Shown: positions 59,495 through 64,000 of the stretch, piece after piece
Layout of the letters: each line of letters opens with the position of its first letter
Numbering within the stretch: position 1 is the stretch's first letter
Source of the DNA: Minutocellus sp. GHC0000111
Lineage: Eukaryota
Assembly (NCBI GenBank): GCA_977018835.1
Contig: OZ361260.1
Coordinates: forward strand, 620,001-684,000
Reading direction: 5' to 3'
Length of the DNA stretch: 64,000 nucleotides
Notes under the pieces: model-generated
What the model was told of the DNA's origin: nothing
The model's database searches: none
Seen by the model: the letters and a program-made list of their open reading frames with translations, nothing else
Made by a program: the position numbers and the translations under genes

Positions 59495-60964
59495 ATGTGC
59501 TTTCCTACAGACAATGGCTCCTCGGCCTCTACAACGGCTGCTGCTACCGCCACGGCCGCCGCCGCCGCCACATCGGCAGCAGCTGGCAAAGAAAACACCC
59601 CCTTCACGCTCTTGGTAACTCTCAACTTTGCCACGTCGGCGTTGGTTTCCAACTTCCTCGCCGAGATCCAACCTCTCTGCGAGTACATCGGCCAGCACGA
59701 GCCGACGACTCTCTCCTACGAGGTGCTCCTCTCCGACAAGGACGATACCATGGTCACCCTCCTCGAACGATATGAAGACAAGGACAATGCCTTTCTCAAG
59801 ATTCACCGATCGAGCGTCCCCTTCCAAAACTTTCGTGCCAAGTTGAAGGCGATGGAGGAGAAGGGCCTGGTCAAGGTGGATGGCAGTTCCTATCTGGACA
59901 GTGGCGTGGGACATGTCGACTCGATGGATCGGTTGAATCCTGCTGCTAATTCCACTACTATTGTTCCTTCGCCCGCCGCCATCAGCCGAACTCTGCCCTC
60001 CCGCCACGTTGCCAAAATTTCCGACCTTTCGCGTAAGGAAATTGCCTCCATCCTTACCCTCGCCATGAAGATGAAGGCCAATCCCGAGGCCTACTACACT
60101 GCCCTTCAGAACAAGACGCTGCTCATGCTGTTCGAGAAGCCGTCGCTTCGCACCCGTGTTTCTCTCGAGGCCGGCATGACCAGCCTCGGAGGTCATGCCA
60201 TCGCCTACATGATGGGAGACAGCCCCCTGGGCGTCAAGGAGAGCTACGAGGATTTGGGAGCCGTCCTCAGCCGCATGTCCGACGCCGTCACGGCCCGCGT
60301 CAAGAGCCGCGATCAGATTGCCGGCCTGGCCGCCAACTCAACCATCCCCATCATCAATTCGCTCGATGATTTTGCTCATCCAATGCAAATGTTGGCCGAT
60401 ATGCAGGTGATGATGGAATATCTTGGCGTTGCGCCCGAGGAGACTCTGGATGGACTGCAGGACATCACCTTCGCCTTCGTTGGTGATCTCAACAACAACG
60501 TCACGTACGATCTGATGAGGACCGGCTGTATTATGGGAATGAACGTGCGCGTTGCCGGACCCAAGGGTGAGGACTTTGCCATTGAGCAGAGCGTACTGGA
60601 CGAGTGTACCAAGCTTTCGGCCGTCTCGCCCAATGCCGGTACTGTCCAGGTGTGCGATACCGCCGAGGAGGCTGTCGCTGGTGCCGATTTCGTTTACGCT
60701 GATTCCTGGATGTCCTATGGTGTGCAGGGTGAGCAGAGAGAGAAGCGATTCAATCAACTTCTTCCTTATCAGGTCAATGCGGCGCTGATGAAACATGCCA
60801 AGCCAAGTGCCAAGTTTATGAACTGCCTCCCGGCAATGCGGGGAGATGAGCAAACCGCCGAGGTCATCGATGGTCCTCAGAGTATTGTCTTTGATCAGGC
60901 CGAGAATCGACTGCATGCTCAAAAGGCATTGCTTGTGAAATTGATTCACAGGGAGATTGTTTAG
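59495..60964 (+). CDS. OTC: Ornithine carbamoyltransferase with N-terminal ABM (dimeric alpha+beta barrel)-like domain
   Basis: EPTTLSYE...LLERY...HRSS.PF (ABM-like), then FEKPSLRTRVS, HPMQ, DSWMSYG, FMNCLP, QAENRLH in one ORF. Confidence 0.9.
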   Translation: MCFPTDNGSSASTTAAATATAAAAATSAAAGKENTPFTLLVTLNFATSALVSNFLAEIQPLCEYIGQHEPTTLSYEVLLSDKDDTMVTLLERYEDKDNAFLKIHRSSVPFQNFRAKLKAMEEKGLVKVDGSSYLDSGVGHVDSMDRLNPAANSTTIVPSPAAISRTLPSRHVAKISDLSRKEIASILTLAMKMKANPEAYYTALQNKTLLMLFEKPSLRTRVSLEAGMTSLGGHAIAYMMGDSPLGVKESYEDLGAVLSRMSDAVTARVKSRDQIAGLAANSTIPIINSLDDFAHPMQMLADMQVMMEYLGVAPEETLDGLQDITFAFVGDLNNNVTYDLMRTGCIMGMNVRVAGPKGEDFAIEQSVLDECTKLSAVSPNAGTVQVCDTAEEAVAGADFVYADSWMSYGVQGEQREKRFNQLLPYQVNAALMKHAKPSAKFMNCLPAMRGDEQTAEVIDGPQSIVFDQAENRLHAQKALLVKLIHREIV

Positions 60965-61295
60965 ATCTAGACTAGAGGCACCTTAGAGGAAACATCATTA
61001 CATATTTTTCGATAAAGTAGGAAAGTAGACGTATTTTTGGACATCATGCCGTACTAGGCAGTAGATCTAAGATTCTCGAAGCAATTGCTCGAAGCAATCG
61101 CAGGAGAGGCGACGCCGCGTTAGTTAGAGCTGGTTTCGTCATTTCGATATTTCATCACTACTTCATCATAAAGAAACATTTTCGTACGACCGACAACGGT
61201 CGACAGCCAACGACCGACACAAGATGTGCATGAAGAGGGGAAAGAGATACCGCCGCCGAGTAACAGGTCAAAACCACGAACACCGGCAAAGAATA

Positions 61296-63227
61296 ATGAA
61301 TGACACAGCTGTAGATGAAGAGGATAACGACATGGGGGTTGAGGAGGAGAAAATCCCTGCAAATGCCGCCGCATTGGCCTCTGTTGATCCCGAAGGCACG
61401 CCAGAGAAACGAAAATCCCTTCACTCATCATTCCCTCGCCACATCGGATACATATCCCTTTTGTTCTCGCTGGGAAATGTTGCCTTGCAGATATTTTCCC
61501 ATCTCAGCACATCGGCGACTTTTCTTTCGTCCATACCTTACGAGCGGAATGCTCCTGCAATGGGCATAGGCGGTGGCACCACACCGCCTTCGGGGAATGA
61601 CGAGACTGCAACAACATGTGCCGACGATCGAGATGGTTTCGATGAGTGGTGGAACCTTCGGGGAAAAGATGAATTCTTTGACTATGCCCAAGCATGTGGA
61701 CCACGTATCTTGGTTGGTGAAGACCAGTACTTTGCATGTTTGGTCGACGATTACGGTTTCAATTCGACTCAAGCCTGCCTTGATTGCTTCCTCCTGCCGA
61801 TCGAATGCGTCATGACCTCTTGCCTGGGAACTTGTTTGGCCATGGGCGTAGAGAGCACTGGCTGTGTGGACTGCCTCATCGAAAACAATTGCGATGGTCC
61901 GTTTGAGGTATGTGCTGGAGTATCGGCTGGGCTGGATGAGTGGGAACCAACGCCTGCGGCACGCATGTTGCAACAACAGGACAACGCCGAGAACAATGAT
62001 TCGTCGTCTACAGTTCTCTACGAGGTCTATTCCATATCATTTGTGGATTCCATCCGAGACGCAGCCAACGGTGGAGCATGGTGGCTTGTGATAATTATAG
62101 TTTGCCTTTCTGGCATCTGGCCCTACTTGAAGAATGTAATCATGATGGTGGCCTGGTTCGTACCAATGACAACCAAACAGAGAAGCTCGTTGCTCCAATG
62201 GCTGACAAGATTGGCAAAATGGTCTCTTGTTGATGTATTTGTTATTGTTATAATATGCACGGGGGTAAAGATCGATCAAACTATTGCGGGTGGGTTTCGA
62301 TTTGTCCTTGTTGGTGAGCCGCGCGTGGGCATTGTCACCTTTTGCCTTGCGGCTTTATGGGATCTCAGTCAAGGAGAGTGGATGCGAAGCAAACATTTTG
62401 AGGCGATGCATCAGCAAGAAGAAAAGAGCGGGGATATTCCACAGTCGCATGTTCCGGCCCCTATCACGAATGGCAACCAATGCTTGCTCGACCAAGTTCA
62501 CTATCAGAAGGATACTCGGAGATGCTCGTCTTTTGGCAAAGCCTTGTATTCTTTCATCGTTCTCGCCCAGATTGCCTTTATTGGGGCAGTAATTGGGACC
62601 ATTTGCATTATATTTCGAGTTGGAGGCTTTCCTGAAAGCTCTACTGGCCAAAACACGTTCGAATACACCGCAGTTACCATCGCTACAGCCTTGCTTAATT
62701 CCTTTGGCACTATAATTCCTGGTGGGACCACTGCCTTCGTGGGATCGATCTTTATGGTGGTTGTGTATCTCGGAATGTGCATTGTCTTGCCGTTGCTTTG
62801 CTGCCTTCTCATGGCTTCGTCATCATTACTCCCGAGCCGCATCATCAACCAGAATCCCAATCGATTACGGCGAATCTTTTCGAGTGTAGATATCCTCGGG
62901 GGATTTTCATGCTTGGACGTATGGTTACTCGCATTTATTCTGTGTGCCCTTGAATTCAACCATCTCATGGAAGGTGCATTGGAAGAAATCATCGGCGATC
63001 GGTGTGAACAAATGGGCCTCTGTATATCGCTCTCTTCTACCATTGAAATCGGAGTTTATTTATCCATTCCAGCGGTTCTCTTCGGCTGGATTGTCGAGGC
63101 CAACTTTACGTATCTGGAGGCATACTTTGTCCATCCATCTGAGATGTTCAAACCTTGGGATTGGCTATTTGGTAGAAAGCTTTGGACCAAGGATGCTGCA
63201 GATACTGGCGTTGTTGAATCAAGCTAG
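61296..63227 (+). CDS. PqiA-like multi-pass membrane protein (two PqiA-like halves) with Cys-rich luminal domain
   Basis: SGIWPYLK...LAKWSLVDVF, and a second half CIVLP...LGGFSCLDVW; C-x3-C repeats in the N-terminal loop. Confidence 0.72.
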   Translation: MNDTAVDEEDNDMGVEEEKIPANAAALASVDPEGTPEKRKSLHSSFPRHIGYISLLFSLGNVALQIFSHLSTSATFLSSIPYERNAPAMGIGGGTTPPSGNDETATTCADDRDGFDEWWNLRGKDEFFDYAQACGPRILVGEDQYFACLVDDYGFNSTQACLDCFLLPIECVMTSCLGTCLAMGVESTGCVDCLIENNCDGPFEVCAGVSAGLDEWEPTPAARMLQQQDNAENNDSSSTVLYEVYSISFVDSIRDAANGGAWWLVIIIVCLSGIWPYLKNVIMMVAWFVPMTTKQRSSLLQWLTRLAKWSLVDVFVIVIICTGVKIDQTIAGGFRFVLVGEPRVGIVTFCLAALWDLSQGEWMRSKHFEAMHQQEEKSGDIPQSHVPAPITNGNQCLLDQVHYQKDTRRCSSFGKALYSFIVLAQIAFIGAVIGTICIIFRVGGFPESSTGQNTFEYTAVTIATALLNSFGTIIPGGTTAFVGSIFMVVVYLGMCIVLPLLCCLLMASSSLLPSRIINQNPNRLRRIFSSVDILGGFSCLDVWLLAFILCALEFNHLMEGALEEIIGDRCEQMGLCISLSSTIEIGVYLSIPAVLFGWIVEANFTYLEAYFVHPSEMFKPWDWLFGRKLWTKDAADTGVVESS

Positions 63228-63274
63228 CTTGGCCTCTGTATCTTGTAACTATTAGATAGAATGAATCAGCCCAC

Positions 63275-63835
63275 TTAGAATCTCGACACTTTATGCAATT
63301 GTACTGTACTGACCTGCGCCACCACCTCCAATACCTCGCTCTTCTGTGCTTGACCTTGCCTGATTATTTTGCCAAATATTGTTCCCCAAAGAATATTATG
63401 TGCCATTAGAAAGGATCGAAATGTCCACGCCCACGCGGTTACAATTGTTCCACTCTCGCCTGGATACAATGGCTGCGCCAAATCCTCGTCACTTGTAGCA
63501 AACGCCTTCCCACAGAGCATGCCGATTATTCCAAGGACGCAGAACAAAGATATTAGAGAAAGCAGCCGCTTCTCATAGTAGGAGGTCGTTGCCAGCAGCA
63601 AGAATACCATACCCAGAACAAAGAAGGAAGTGACCCCACTGGCGTCAGTGCTACTATCGATGTCATCGGCGGACGACAGAATGTATTGGGTGCTGGCCCA
63701 GAGACAATAGAATGTGCTAATGGGAAATGCGGACGCAAATGCAGAATGCTGTGTTCGATTCAGCCAAAGTAGATAGAAAGATGCCACCAGCGATAGGGGC
63801 ATCAGCGCCAGGTCGATGTAGATCGAGAAGCCCAT
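63275..63835 (-). CDS. Small multi-pass membrane protein of unknown function
   Basis: About five hydrophobic segments; likely start MGFSIY. Confidence 0.6.
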   Translation of the reverse strand: MGFSIYIDLALMPLSLVASFYLLWLNRTQHSAFASAFPISTFYCLWASTQYILSSADDIDSSTDASGVTSFFVLGMVFLLLATTSYYEKRLLSLISLFCVLGIIGMLCGKAFATSDEDLAQPLYPGESGTIVTAWAWTFRSFLMAHNILWGTIFGKIIRQGQAQKSEVLEVVAQVSTVQLHKVSRF

Positions 63836-64000
63836 GGTTATCGCTGCGTATCTTTTTTTAGCGCGAGCAGTCAGGTGAATGAAGGGCCAGCAGCAGAGCA
63901 GGCCTTTCACGTCAACCTATCGTCATTCCGATACTCTGACTCAGCGAACTCTCCTGACGATGACGGGAGATGATGACGAAGTGGCGTATCGAATGTTCCA

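Noticed and set aside
61072..61102. CTCGAAGCAATTGCTCGAAGCAAT resembling the MITE subterminal motif
   Set aside because: Only a short local duplication/palindrome; no TIR or TA-flanked structure.
1..64000. CRISPR arrays, rRNA, tRNA, telomeric arrays, LTR/LINE retroelements
   Set aside because: None recognised by eye: no regularly spaced repeats, RT or integrase motifs. Small RNA genes could be missed without covariance-model searches.

Overview
Gene-dense eukaryotic nuclear DNA, most likely a diatom. Support: short GT-AG introns, bipartite signal-peptide/'AF' plastid presequences, RxL propeptide motifs and very short intergenic spacers. About 30 host genes are recognisable, including myosin, a TRF-like Myb, PI-PLC-X, WDR59/Sea3, several methyltransferases, two sulfotransferase-like genes, a TPK K+ channel, metaxin-like, uL11m, FCP1, a class C GPCR-like gene, Thr/Ser dehydratase, SAMHD1-like, CDPK, fibrillin, an ER-retained SET protein, an ABM-OTC fusion and a PqiA-like protein. 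Three DNA-transposon-derived regions stand out. (1) A 478-bp TA-flanked MITE at 5839-6316. (2) A complete 4.95-kb Tc1/mariner element at 9396-14349 with ~48-bp TIRs and a TA duplication. It encodes a ~980-aa DD38D transposase whose long N-terminus has HMG-box-like and Tudor/SH3-like segments, plus a second convergent gene of unknown function. This is the best candidate for an undescribed system. (3) A deleted Transib/RAG1/Chapaev-like transposase relic at ~54.9-57.0 kb. Non-coding DNA is conspicuously rich in TA-palindrome-TA words (TACATGTA, TACGTA, TACTAGTA) resembling mariner excision footprints. At least seven host genes carry a frameshift, an in-frame stop or a deletion, so base-level errors or a decaying haplotype must be kept in mind. 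All family calls are by motif recognition, not database search.
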